A stretch of DNA of 32,000 nt from Parasynechococcus marenigrum WH 8102. GTDB lineage: Bacteria; Cyanobacteriota; Cyanobacteriia; PCC-6307; Cyanobiaceae. How positions within the stretch are numbered: the first letter of the stretch is position 1; every line of letters begins with the position of its first letter. A program made the position numbers and the translations under genes. The DNA lies in NCBI RefSeq assembly GCF_000195975.1, contig NC_005070.1, forward strand, positions 150,001 through 182,000, in the 5' to 3' direction. The notes under the pieces are model-generated. The model was given only the letters and a program-made list of their open reading frames with translations. It was not told the origin of the DNA and ran no database searches. This document shows, in pieces, positions 17,654-27,107 of this stretch.

Positions 17654-18097
17654 TTGAACGCAGGCGAATCCGTGCGCAGTGTCGACCAGGCCCAGGCCCT
17701 GGCCTCGGTGATCACACTGGTGCGGCAGCGGTTTCCAGCGGCCAAGGCCAACCTCAAGCCCTGGCGGGATGACCCGCAGACCCGGCAGTGGTCAGAACAG
17801 GACAGTCTCGACCTCTCTTTTCATTTCCCTGGCTGGAGTCCACGACTGCAATGCCGGAGCCTGTTGATTCAGCTGCGGTTCTGTGCGGAGTCGGCCGAGG
17901 CTCAGCCTTCACTGTTGGGGGTGCTGATGCGGGGGATGACCTACGACGGTGAGCGCTGGCGTCTGGCCACCGTCGGGGAGTGGTTGCCAGAGGGCCCTCA
18001 CCTGCCGCAACCGGATCAGGTGATCCAGCTGCAGATGATCTGCAGAGACCTATTTGAGCTGTTCAGCGGTTCAACCGCCGCAGATGAGGCGGCGTAA
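17654..18097 (+). CDS. Hypothetical protein (147 aa)
   Basis: ORF with host-like composition and no recognisable domain. TTG start at 17654, or an in-frame GTG at 17672. Confidence 0.55.
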   Translation: MNAGESVRSVDQAQALASVITLVRQRFPAAKANLKPWRDDPQTRQWSEQDSLDLSFHFPGWSPRLQCRSLLIQLRFCAESAEAQPSLLGVLMRGMTYDGERWRLATVGEWLPEGPHLPQPDQVIQLQMICRDLFELFSGSTAADEAA

Positions 18098-18172
18098 CCC
18101 TTCGCAACGGGTTGAGGCCGTTCTTCAAGTTCTCCTTATAAGGTTTTTTCATTGGTTGACTGATCTCTCAGC

Positions 18173-18886
18173 ATGTCTGTCGCTCTGGCTACCCAGCTCC
18201 GGGAAGGCACCAAGAAATCCCACACGATGGCCGAAAACACCGGCTTCGTGAGTTGCTTCCTCAAGGGAGTTGTGGACAAGGCCAGCTACCGCAAGCTGGT
18301 GGCTGATCTCTACTTCGTGTACACCGCAATGGAAGAGGAGATCTCCAAGCTGGGCGATCACCCCGTGGTCGGTCCGGTGGGCATGCAGGAGCTCAACCGA
18401 CGTGATGCCCTGGAGCAGGATCTCGTCTTTTACTTCGGTGCTGGCTGGAAGGATCAGATTCAACCGTCTCCCTCAGCAGCGGCTTATGTGGAGCGGATCC
18501 ATGCCGTGGCTCAGGAGTCACCGGAGTTGCTGGTGGGTCACCACTACACCCGCTACCTCGGCGACCTCTCCGGTGGCCAGATCCTCAAGAACATTGCCCA
18601 GAAGGCGATGAACATGGATGGAGATGATGGCCTCAACTTCTACGTCTTCAACGACATCGCCGACGAGAAGGCTTTCAAGACCACCTATCGCTCCACGATG
18701 GATGAGCTGCCTATCGATCAGGCGATGGCCGATCGGATCGTGGAAGAAGCCAATCACGCCTTCCACCTGAACATGAATATGTTCAAGGAACTGGAGGGCA
18801 ACTTGGTGGCTGCCATCGGCAAAGTGCTGTTCGGTTTCCTGACCCGTCGCCAGCGCGCTGGCAGTACGGAGGCTGCGGCGGCCTGA
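18173..18886 (+). CDS. ho1: Heme oxygenase 1
   Basis: MSVALATQLREGTKKSHTMAENTGFVSCFLKGVVDKASYRKLVADLYFVY...HHYTRYLGDLSGGQILK... is canonical cyanobacterial HO-1. Confidence 0.95.
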   Translation: MSVALATQLREGTKKSHTMAENTGFVSCFLKGVVDKASYRKLVADLYFVYTAMEEEISKLGDHPVVGPVGMQELNRRDALEQDLVFYFGAGWKDQIQPSPSAAAYVERIHAVAQESPELLVGHHYTRYLGDLSGGQILKNIAQKAMNMDGDDGLNFYVFNDIADEKAFKTTYRSTMDELPIDQAMADRIVEEANHAFHLNMNMFKELEGNLVAAIGKVLFGFLTRRQRAGSTEAAAA

Positions 18887-18889
18887 TTC

Positions 18890-19933
18890 GTGCTCACCAC
18901 GCTCATCCGCGTGCTGGTCCCCGGCACCAGCACGCGGTTCCGTTGCGGTGGTCTGAGTGTGGAGCTGCAGACGGCACGACTGCTGTCGAGCCTCTGTGCA
19001 ACGGAGCTGGTGACCTATATGGAGCGGCATCAGGATCATCCATTTCTGGACGATTTGCTCAGTGTTGAGCCTTCTCGGCGGGAGGTGCTGTGGATCGTCA
19101 GCTGGGGATTTGATGTTCCGGCATTGGTCCGTCGGTTACGGAGCCATCGCGTGGCTTATCACGCCCACAGCAGTGGGTATGGCTTCACGCTTCCCCCTGG
19201 GGTGCCGGTGCTGGCGGTGAGTCGCAACACCCTTGGCTACTGGGGTGATCGTTGCCCCCGCAACCCTTTATTGCTGGTGCCCAATGCCATCGAGCCCGGT
19301 TGGCTGGAACGAGGCGCCCGGGGTAGTGCGGAGCGCCGTCCAATCGATGTGTTGGTGCAGGCCCGCAAGAGTAGTCGGTACGTGTTGGATCAGCTGGTCC
19401 CTGCCTTGCGGCAGCAAGGGTTCAGGGTGGAGGTTCAAAGCGGCTGGGTCGATGACCTCGTTGATCTGTTCAACCGCTCCTGCGTTTATCTCTACGACTC
19501 AGCCGAGTACTGGCGAGGACGCGGCGTGACGGAGGGCTTTGGCTTACCACCGCTGGAGGCCATGGCCTGCGGTTGTGTGGTCTTCAGCAGCCTGAATCAC
19601 GCTCTGGCCGACCACGGTGATCCGGGTCGGATGGTCCATCAGATCGGCTGCGGGCGCTTGGCCTTTGATGTGCGCCGGATCCAGCACGCCGTCCGCGATC
19701 CAGCTGGGTGGAGACCACCGGCAGCAGCTCTGAATGCTGTGCTGGAGGGGAGCTCAGAGGCGTCCCTGCTGCAGCGTTGGACGGTGGCTCTGGATCAGCT
19801 GGAGGCCCTGGACCTGGCTGAAGGTCCGCTGCTCAGCAGCCCACCCACCTGGTCGCTGAAGCTGCAGCAGCTCTGCCAACGGCTGCAGCGAGTGGTCGAT
19901 CGGTTGCCCGGCTGGCCGATGTTCTCGAGATGA
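18890..19933 (+). CDS. GT4-like (GT-B fold) glycosyltransferase-related protein
   Basis: C-terminal EGFGLPPLEAMACGCVVFSS (E-x7-E type motif). GTG start 3 nt after the ho1 stop. Host-like high GC. Confidence 0.6.
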   Translation: MLTTLIRVLVPGTSTRFRCGGLSVELQTARLLSSLCATELVTYMERHQDHPFLDDLLSVEPSRREVLWIVSWGFDVPALVRRLRSHRVAYHAHSSGYGFTLPPGVPVLAVSRNTLGYWGDRCPRNPLLLVPNAIEPGWLERGARGSAERRPIDVLVQARKSSRYVLDQLVPALRQQGFRVEVQSGWVDDLVDLFNRSCVYLYDSAEYWRGRGVTEGFGLPPLEAMACGCVVFSSLNHALADHGDPGRMVHQIGCGRLAFDVRRIQHAVRDPAGWRPPAAALNAVLEGSSEASLLQRWTVALDQLEALDLAEGPLLSSPPTWSLKLQQLCQRLQRVVDRLPGWPMFSR

Positions 19934-20000
19934 GAACCTGCAAGGGCCTTTATGGTTGGCGGATCAACGCCGATAAGTGGCGGGAGCATAAAGTCTTTTT

Positions 20001-21824
20001 GTGTCAATGCATCTGCGAAGCCAGACATGGACAGATTTGAGGAGACTTTTTAAGGAACTGCCTGCAAAAAGGGTTCGTTTCTTGGTCATTGTCCTAGTGG
20101 CTTCTTTTCTGCAGGGCTTGATGGATCTGGCCTTGGTGGGAATGATGACCCGTTTGGCCGGATTGATGGCTGGTGGCCGATTACAGGATCAGCTGCCAGG
20201 CGTGCGCGTGTTTGGTGGTGGCATTCTCGATCAGGCGGGATGGTTACTGTTCCTTCTGGCAGCGACCTTTTGGATTGCTTCTTTATCGCGCTTTGGTGTT
20301 GCGCTGCTGCAAAGCTTCCTGAGTGCAGAGATTTGGAACGATTTGGTTAATAAGGTGTATAGCAATTTAATGATGCAACGATATGAATTTTTTGCTGATA
20401 ACCGCAGTGCGAACTTGGCGGAAAGTTTTAACCGTGTTTTGAATCGTGTCTCTAATTCTGTGATTGTGCCTCTTCTTGCTGTGGCAGGCAACGCCTTGTC
20501 GATCATCGTCCTCCTGGTTGGAGTGGTCTTCGCAATTGGTTGGTCGGCCGTATGGATGTTTGCCCTAATGTTCGCAGCATATGTTGTGGCATCGGCAATT
20601 GTTACTCCTTACATCAGGCGTGCTTCCAAGCAGCGAGTCCGTTATTCACGGCGGATTAATATGATTTTGATGGAGTCGCTGCGCTCGATGCGTGATGTTC
20701 ATCTTTACTCGGCTGATAGATATTTTTTAGGAAGCTTTTCTAGAAATGGAATTGTGGCCAAGCGTTATGAACGTCTTGTCAAGCTTCTCCCCGATGTCCC
20801 CCGCTTCCTGATCGAGCCTGCGGCAATCACAATTTTGTTCGCGGCAGGTTTGGCGCCAGTAGTTTTGTCGGGGGACGTCTCTGACGTTCGTGATTCAGTG
20901 CCCTCTATCGTGGCAGTATTAATCACTTTGACGAGAATTTCTGCGCCACTTCAGAGTACATTCCGGAATTTGAATAAATTGCGTGGTGGGTTGCCTGATA
21001 TAAAAGATTCCTTGGAGCTGTTGTCTCTTAAGCCCAAGAGACTTCTGTTGGATACTGATAGTGTTCCTACTCCTTCAGGAGTTATGCCTCGGCGCTCGAT
21101 CCAATTGGATGACGTCACATTCAAGTTTAAGAGCGGAACGGCAGAAATTTTGCGCTCAATCTCGATTTCAATTCCCGTTGGATCTCGCGTTGCTTTGGTT
21201 GGGCGTACGGGAAGTGGTAAAACAACCTTGGCTCACATCTTGCTTGGCTTATATCAGCCGACCTCAGGAGTGTTGCGACTTGATGGTGTGGCTGTTTCTC
21301 CTGAGGAGATGCCGGCATGGCAGGCCAACTGTGCACTCGTGCCTCAGGATATTCGCTTGCTAGATAGCAGCCTGCGAGAAAATGTTGCTTTTGGTGTTAG
21401 CCCTGAACACATCGATGATGTACGAGTCTGGTCTGCTCTCGAATCAGCTCAATTTGATGAATCTGTGGCGGAGATGCCTCACGGGCTTTATAGCGTTATT
21501 GGCGAGGATGGGGTAAAGCTGTCCGGCGGCCAACGCCAACGACTTTCTCTGGCGAGGGCTTTCTACCGCGAAGCCAAAGTTTTGGTTTTGGATGAAGCAA
21601 CGAGCGCTTTGGATAATCGCACTGAACACGATGTGATGCAAGCTCTCGACTTGATTGGACGTCGATGTACAACTATCGTGATCGCACATCGGCTTTCAAC
21701 TGTTCGTAAGTGTGATCGGATTTATGAAGTTGACGGCGGTGTGATAAAGGCTCAAGGTGATTTCGAATACCTTTGCTCCGCTTCGGAAAGTTTTAGGGAT
21801 ATGAATAGATTGGAGTTAAGCTAA
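20001..21824 (+). CDS. ABC exporter, fused transmembrane plus ATPase half-transporter (MsbA/PglK-like architecture)
   Basis: An N-terminal ~300-aa multi-helix TMD, then Walker A GRTGSGKTT, signature LSGGQRQR, Walker B VLVLDEATSALD and H-loop IAHRLS. GTG at 20001 or ATG at 20007. Lowest GC in the island. Confidence 0.9.
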   Translation: MSMHLRSQTWTDLRRLFKELPAKRVRFLVIVLVASFLQGLMDLALVGMMTRLAGLMAGGRLQDQLPGVRVFGGGILDQAGWLLFLLAATFWIASLSRFGVALLQSFLSAEIWNDLVNKVYSNLMMQRYEFFADNRSANLAESFNRVLNRVSNSVIVPLLAVAGNALSIIVLLVGVVFAIGWSAVWMFALMFAAYVVASAIVTPYIRRASKQRVRYSRRINMILMESLRSMRDVHLYSADRYFLGSFSRNGIVAKRYERLVKLLPDVPRFLIEPAAITILFAAGLAPVVLSGDVSDVRDSVPSIVAVLITLTRISAPLQSTFRNLNKLRGGLPDIKDSLELLSLKPKRLLLDTDSVPTPSGVMPRRSIQLDDVTFKFKSGTAEILRSISISIPVGSRVALVGRTGSGKTTLAHILLGLYQPTSGVLRLDGVAVSPEEMPAWQANCALVPQDIRLLDSSLRENVAFGVSPEHIDDVRVWSALESAQFDESVAEMPHGLYSVIGEDGVKLSGGQRQRLSLARAFYREAKVLVLDEATSALDNRTEHDVMQALDLIGRRCTTIVIAHRLSTVRKCDRIYEVDGGVIKAQGDFEYLCSASESFRDMNRLELS

Positions 21825-23006
21825 ATGTTTGATCGGCCAGATATTCTCCTGTTGGCCACAGCGGATTGGGACCATCCCTTGTGGACCAACAAGCAGCATG
21901 TCGCCTGTTCTTTGTCGGCTCTTGGTCATCGTGTGCTTTACATTGAATCGCTTGGTATGCGAACGATTCAGCCCACTGGACGAGATTGGTATCGAGTTTG
22001 GAAGCGTCTGCGGCGTGCTTTGCAATCTCCAAGACAGGTACGGCCAAGAATTTGGATTTGTTCTCCTTTGGTTTGTCCCGGAGTCACAAAAGGCCTTCTA
22101 TGTCAATTCAACCGCTGGCTTTTGAATGCAACATTGTGGTGGATGAGAATTCGGCTTGGCTTTCGAAGGCCGTGGTTGTGGACCTATAGCCCGCTCACCC
22201 TGAAGTTTTTGGATCCAGAGCAGTTCAGTTTGTGCGTCTATCACGCTGTTGATGCTGTACAGGAGCAGCCATGCATGCCCCGTGGGGATATTGAGCGACA
22301 GGAGAGATTGTTGTGTGCTGCGGTGGATCAGGTGTTTGTCACCTCACCTGAATTGCGTCGTCAGCTCACCCCGGTTTCCAGGCGGCTTCGCTTTGATCCC
22401 AATGTCGTCGATCAGGGGCATTTTGCGACGGCTATGACACTAAAAAAGGAAGACCTCCCAATTGATCTCACGGAGATACCCGAGCCAAGGGTCGGCTTTA
22501 TTGGTGCAATCAGTACCTACAAGCTTGATGTTGCTTTGGTGGCTGCCATTGCTCGAGCACACCCTTCTTTGAACTTTGTGTTTATTGGTCCGCAAGGGGA
22601 GGGTGAGATGACCACTGACCTCTCTTTGTGGATGGATCGACCAAATATTCACCTACTGGGGCCAAGGCCCTACCAGGAGTTGCCGGGCTATTGCGCTGGG
22701 TTTCATTGTGGCTGGTTGCCTCTGCAGCGCAACGCCTACACCCAGGCAATGTTTCCTATGAAATTTTTTGAGTATCTCGCCGCTGGTTTGCCTGTTGTAG
22801 CGACATCGATTGACTCTCTTCAAGACTTTCAATCTGTTGCTTGGCTTTGTGAGCCAGAGCTAGATGAATTTTCTAAGGCTCTACTGGGGTGCATTCAGGG
22901 AGAGGGGCCAGCGCGGTCCACGCGCCTCGCCTTGGCACGTCAGCACACCTATACGGCGCGAATGGAGCGCATGATGCAAACCCTTCGGGACGGGGGATTG
23001 TTGTGA
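21825..23006 (+). CDS. GT4-family (GT-B) glycosyltransferase, TuaH-like
   Basis: The ATG directly abuts the ABC stop (taaatg at 21822-21827). N-terminal ILLLATADWDHPLWTNKQH and C-terminal FPMKFFEYLAAGLPVVAT. Confidence 0.75.
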   Translation: MFDRPDILLLATADWDHPLWTNKQHVACSLSALGHRVLYIESLGMRTIQPTGRDWYRVWKRLRRALQSPRQVRPRIWICSPLVCPGVTKGLLCQFNRWLLNATLWWMRIRLGFRRPWLWTYSPLTLKFLDPEQFSLCVYHAVDAVQEQPCMPRGDIERQERLLCAAVDQVFVTSPELRRQLTPVSRRLRFDPNVVDQGHFATAMTLKKEDLPIDLTEIPEPRVGFIGAISTYKLDVALVAAIARAHPSLNFVFIGPQGEGEMTTDLSLWMDRPNIHLLGPRPYQELPGYCAGFHCGWLPLQRNAYTQAMFPMKFFEYLAAGLPVVATSIDSLQDFQSVAWLCEPELDEFSKALLGCIQGEGPARSTRLALARQHTYTARMERMMQTLRDGGLL

Positions 23007-23995
23007 GCGAGGGCTCACTATCTAGGATCAGCATCCTGACGGTGTGTATGAATCGTCAGTTGCACCTTCGGCAGTCCGCGCAACATCTCTCGGCCTTGTC
23101 TCAGCATGATGAGCATCTGATTGTGGATTGGAGCAGTACTGCCCCACTGCTACGCAGTGAACTACCTTCCGACCCTCGGATCCGATTGCACCGCGTTGAA
23201 GGGGAATCGCAATGGAACCTGTGTCGGGCTTATAACTTTGCGGCGTCTCAATCGACTGGGACGATCCTTTTGAAGCTTGATGCTGATAGTTGGCTTGATC
23301 CAGCTCTCGATGTTGAACAGTTGCTGCAGCAAGCCCCCATTTGGTTGGGCGCCGGTTCCGGTGGCACGGCCGGTCAATGGTTGATGGAACGCGACGCTTT
23401 TGATGCTGTCGGAGGATTTAATGAACGAATGTTGAGTTGGGGTTTTGACGATAAGGATTTGCGCGCACGGCTGGTCTTACATTTTGGTCCTCAAGTGAAA
23501 ACATTGCCGCCTGGCTCGCTTCATGCAATCCATCACAGTGATTCTGTGAGAATTGGTGGTCGCCTTGATCAGCCAACCAAGTCTTTTGTGCGTCACCAGG
23601 CTCTCGCGGCTCTCCGGGCTTCTCGGCTTAACAATCGCCTGGTTGCAGCTGAATGTCCCTGGGGGAGGACGTCGGTTTCGACCCAGTATCAGCATGTTCT
23701 TGGTCAGTCTTCAGACTCCGTTTGGCGTGCTGATAAAGAAACAATTCCACAGTTGCCATTGTCTGTCGACCGCTCCCTGCGGCAGCAACGTCGCCGGACT
23801 TTTTGGAATGTCTTGCTTGACATTCCCGATGTAGCGATAGCGCAGCTCCCTCTCAAGCTGCTTCCACCGGATTGTTCTGGTCAGTGGAGGGTGCGGTGGT
23901 GGCATTGGTTGTATTGGTCCACGGTCCGTCGGTTGTTGCTGCTCCCAGTTCTGATCTTGGCATGCCTGAAGGGCAGTGGTCGTTTGCTTCGATGA
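23003..23995 (+). CDS. GT-A fold glycosyltransferase (GT2 / galactosyltransferase-C-like), paralog 1
   Basis: GTG start overlaps the upstream stop (gtga at 23003-23006). ISILTVCMNR, DxD context KLDADSW, GGFNERMLSWGFDDKDLRARL. About 35-40% identity by eye to the 27104-28051 product, including the C-terminal tail. Confidence 0.7.
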   Translation: MSEGSLSRISILTVCMNRQLHLRQSAQHLSALSQHDEHLIVDWSSTAPLLRSELPSDPRIRLHRVEGESQWNLCRAYNFAASQSTGTILLKLDADSWLDPALDVEQLLQQAPIWLGAGSGGTAGQWLMERDAFDAVGGFNERMLSWGFDDKDLRARLVLHFGPQVKTLPPGSLHAIHHSDSVRIGGRLDQPTKSFVRHQALAALRASRLNNRLVAAECPWGRTSVSTQYQHVLGQSSDSVWRADKETIPQLPLSVDRSLRQQRRRTFWNVLLDIPDVAIAQLPLKLLPPDCSGQWRVRWWHWLYWSTVRRLLLLPVLILACLKGSGRLLR

Positions 23996-24876
23996 TGGGA
24001 TCTTGGCTACAGCGTGTTTGGCGTCGATGGCGTGGCTGGTGCCATCGCGGTCGTTGTTCTGAACTCAGTCATCAGATTGATGCTGCTCTGCAGAATCATG
24101 ATCTTGCTCGCGCACTGAAAGGTTTAGAGCTGCAATTGTGCTTGGATTGTTCGCATCATGTGGAGCGTCTGCTCTTTGTGAGGCAGTCAAGGCCCGCGTC
24201 ACAACAACTGAGTTTGAATTTATTCATGGCCATGGCCGATTTGCCTAACCTGCGTGATCATCATCGGTTTTATTTGCTGATCGCGACCATCCACAGCGCT
24301 TTGCAGCTTGATGATGCAGCTTGCCTCACTGAATTCAAGCCACGGCTAAGCCAAGCGGCCTGCTTGGAGCATGCTCCATCAAGGAAGCTGATCGTTTCAG
24401 GTCGGAATCGTGAGCATCCCTTCAAACAGCTGATTTCAGCACGTTCTTGTTTGCTTCAGGTGGCATTGCGTGATCAGAATATGGTGGCCTGTCAGAGAAT
24501 TGCCTTCGCCAACCTTGAGTTGCTGGAAATGCTGCCATGGACCAAATTGCCGGCTGATGTTCTGTTGCGCAGCACCACAAATCTCGTCAAAGCGCTGTTG
24601 CCCTGTTGTGTGCTGGACCAGCAGCGCGGGCGTGTCCAGACGAGTTTGTCTCGTCTCGAACAGCAACTCAGTGGGGCACGTTTTGACGCGTTGCGTTCCT
24701 CCGCACGGGAAGACCACCTCCTCTTTTTGCGATCAGTTTTGGCTTGGTTGGATGCGGTCAAGACCAATGGCGAGAGCGTCGAATTGCTCAACCAGCTGCG
24801 TTCTTGGTTGCTGAGTAACGATGCATCTTCGGTTTGGGCCGGATCGCAGCAGTTGACTTGGATTGGGTTGGCTTAA
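23992..24876 (+). CDS. Hypothetical helical, Leu/Cys-rich protein, no recognisable domain (294 aa)
   Basis: ATG overlaps the upstream stop (atga at 23992-23995). MMGSWLQRVWRRWRGWCHRGRC..., then predicted all-helical repeats. Embedded in the GT operon. Confidence 0.6.
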   Translation: MMGSWLQRVWRRWRGWCHRGRCSELSHQIDAALQNHDLARALKGLELQLCLDCSHHVERLLFVRQSRPASQQLSLNLFMAMADLPNLRDHHRFYLLIATIHSALQLDDAACLTEFKPRLSQAACLEHAPSRKLIVSGRNREHPFKQLISARSCLLQVALRDQNMVACQRIAFANLELLEMLPWTKLPADVLLRSTTNLVKALLPCCVLDQQRGRVQTSLSRLEQQLSGARFDALRSSAREDHLLFLRSVLAWLDAVKTNGESVELLNQLRSWLLSNDASSVWAGSQQLTWIGLA

Positions 24877-24881
24877 CGGGT

Positions 24882-27107
24882 ATGGCGCGCGTTGCAGTCC
24901 ATTTGCACCAACTCAGCCTCGGTGGTGCAGAGCGGATCACCGTGATGTGGTGCCAATGGTTGGTGGCGATGGGACATCACGTTCAGTTGTTTCTGGGCCA
25001 GTCGGATAAGAGTGAGTTTTTTGCGCCGCCCGCATCGGTGAAAATCATTCGTCGCCCCGCTGGGCTCTTGAGTGTGATCTGGCTGCGTCGATTGTTACTT
25101 CAGAATCCGCCGGATCTATGCATTGGGATCACAACGCGACCTGCTGTGAACCTCTTGTTGGCAAGTGTGGGGTGTCGGTGGCCAGTTGTGGTTGCAGAAC
25201 GCAATTACCCTCCGTCGAACCCACAATCGTTGATTTGGTCATTGCTGCGCCGTTTGTTGTATCCGTCCGCTGCATTGCATGTGGTTCAGACGCAGCGGAT
25301 TGCTGACTGGTTGCATCAATTAGGTCTGAGCTCCACGAGTGTTGTGCTGCCGAATCCAGTGGTTTGGCCCCTGCCCGTTCAGGATCCAATCCTGCAGCCA
25401 GACCATTTCATGTCGTCTGATGTTCGGGTTGTCCTCGCGATGGGGACCAAGCCCTTTCAAAAAGGTTTCGACCGACTGTTGCAGGCGTTTCAGGAGCTTG
25501 CACCCCGCTATCCCGATCTCGTGCTGGCGTTGGTTGGTGTCCACCCCGATCATCCGGATCTTGCTGCTCCCCTCCAGCGGACGGGGTCTCTGCGGCCAAG
25601 AATCGTGCTGCCCGGCCGTGTGGGGAATCCTGCTGATTGGTATCAAAGGGCTGATTTGTTTGTACTCAGCTCTCGATACGAGGGAAGTCCCAATGTTCTT
25701 CTCGAAGCGATGGCTGCTGGCTGCCCCTGTCTGGCGGTGGACTGCCCAACAGGCCCTCACGAGGTGATTCGCCACGGTGCCAATGGATGGCTTCTCCCGG
25801 AGAGGACTGATGGTTTCGATCTCGCCATGGGGATCGAGACTTGCCTGAACCAACCGGCCGAATGTCGACGACTCGGTCAGGCCGCGCGTGAAATCCGTGA
25901 TCAGTTCTCACCCGCCAAGGTTCAGGCCATGTTTCAGCGGTCATTGGAGCCATTGTTGAAGCCCCGGGTGCTGGTTCTTGTGCCAACGCGTCGTTCGCCG
26001 ACAGAAACTTTTGTGCGGGCCAATCTGGCGCGCATGCCTTTGGATCAGATTGTTTATGTCGGTGATGAGTGGGGGGGGTGGAATCATCCAGGCCAGATGG
26101 CCTATGGGTTGGCCATTGCGGTGAGCAAGGCCATGACGCGGCTGGGATGGCATCGGCTAGCCAGCTGGCCTGCAGCTTGTGTGGCCTTCCTGTTGATTCA
26201 ACGGCATCGCGCTGATGTGGTCTTGGCGGAATTCGGTTTTCATGCAGTCCGCGTCATGGATGCATGTGCGTGGTCCGATGTTCCTTTGGTGGTGCACTTT
26301 CGGGGCTCTGATGCATCGGCCCATCGACGATTGACCTTGCTGCGCGAGCGTTATCGCCGTCTGATGCGTCTTTCGTCTGCCTTATTGGCCAAAAGCCAGG
26401 TGATGAAGGATGTTTTGGTGGGGTTGGGGGCGGACCCGACGGCGGTCACGATCACCCCATCGGGGGCCGATGAAACCGTGTTCCATGCAGATGATCCCGC
26501 CAGGCAGCCCCCCCACGTGCTGTTTGTCGGCAGGCTGATTGAGAAAAAGGGGCCATTGGATGCCCTTGAGGCCTTTGCCCAGGCACGTCTGCTGGTGTCG
26601 GAACGGTTGAGGGCTGAGATGCGGCTCCGCGTTGTGGGGGATGGTCCCTTGCAACAGGCAATGCAGCGGCGCATAAACGAGCTGGGTTTGCAGGGTTGCG
26701 TTGATGTTCTGGGGGTTCAGCCGCCAGCAGCCGTGGCGGAGTGGATGCGCCAAAGTCGCTGCTTGCTTCTTCCATCGCGAATCGCCTCCGATGGCGATGC
26801 AGAGGGTTGTCCCGTTGCTGTTCTGGAGGCGCAATTGTCCGGGCTGCCGGTTGTGTCGACGCGGCATGCTGGAATTCCTGAGGTGGTTCTGGACGGAACA
26901 ACGGGGTTGTTGGTTGAAGAAGGTGACGTTGCAGGATTGGCGCAGGCCTTGGCGCTGATGTGTCGTGATCCGCAGCGGGCCAAGCTGCTGGGTTCAGCTG
27001 GACGTGCGCGGGTGATGAGCCATTTCACGGTTGACCATCATGTGAAGACGGTTGCTGATGTTCTGTCGAGGGTGGTTTCTCGTCAACAACAGCCGGCTGA
27101 TCGATGA
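24882..27107 (+). CDS. Tandem double GT4 glycosyltransferase fusion (741 aa)
   Basis: ATG at 24882, 5 nt after the upstream stop. The first module has LSLGGAERI...SSRYEGSPNVLLEAMAAGCPCLAVD. The second module has FVGRLIEKKGP...DAEGCPVAVLEAQLSGLPVVSTRHAGIPEVV. Confidence 0.8.
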   Translation: MARVAVHLHQLSLGGAERITVMWCQWLVAMGHHVQLFLGQSDKSEFFAPPASVKIIRRPAGLLSVIWLRRLLLQNPPDLCIGITTRPAVNLLLASVGCRWPVVVAERNYPPSNPQSLIWSLLRRLLYPSAALHVVQTQRIADWLHQLGLSSTSVVLPNPVVWPLPVQDPILQPDHFMSSDVRVVLAMGTKPFQKGFDRLLQAFQELAPRYPDLVLALVGVHPDHPDLAAPLQRTGSLRPRIVLPGRVGNPADWYQRADLFVLSSRYEGSPNVLLEAMAAGCPCLAVDCPTGPHEVIRHGANGWLLPERTDGFDLAMGIETCLNQPAECRRLGQAAREIRDQFSPAKVQAMFQRSLEPLLKPRVLVLVPTRRSPTETFVRANLARMPLDQIVYVGDEWGGWNHPGQMAYGLAIAVSKAMTRLGWHRLASWPAACVAFLLIQRHRADVVLAEFGFHAVRVMDACAWSDVPLVVHFRGSDASAHRRLTLLRERYRRLMRLSSALLAKSQVMKDVLVGLGADPTAVTITPSGADETVFHADDPARQPPHVLFVGRLIEKKGPLDALEAFAQARLLVSERLRAEMRLRVVGDGPLQQAMQRRINELGLQGCVDVLGVQPPAAVAEWMRQSRCLLLPSRIASDGDAEGCPVAVLEAQLSGLPVVSTRHAGIPEVVLDGTTGLLVEEGDVAGLAQALALMCRDPQRAKLLGSAGRARVMSHFTVDHHVKTVADVLSRVVSRQQQPADR

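Noticed and set aside
22889-24881. Upstream extensions of track ORFs 22889-23995, 23872-24876 and 24834-27107
   Set aside because: Each extension overlaps the preceding gene's well-supported C-terminus. In each case an in-frame GTG or ATG sits at or within 5 nt of the upstream stop (23003, 23992, 24882). For 23003 this also matches the N-terminus of the paralog that starts at 27104.
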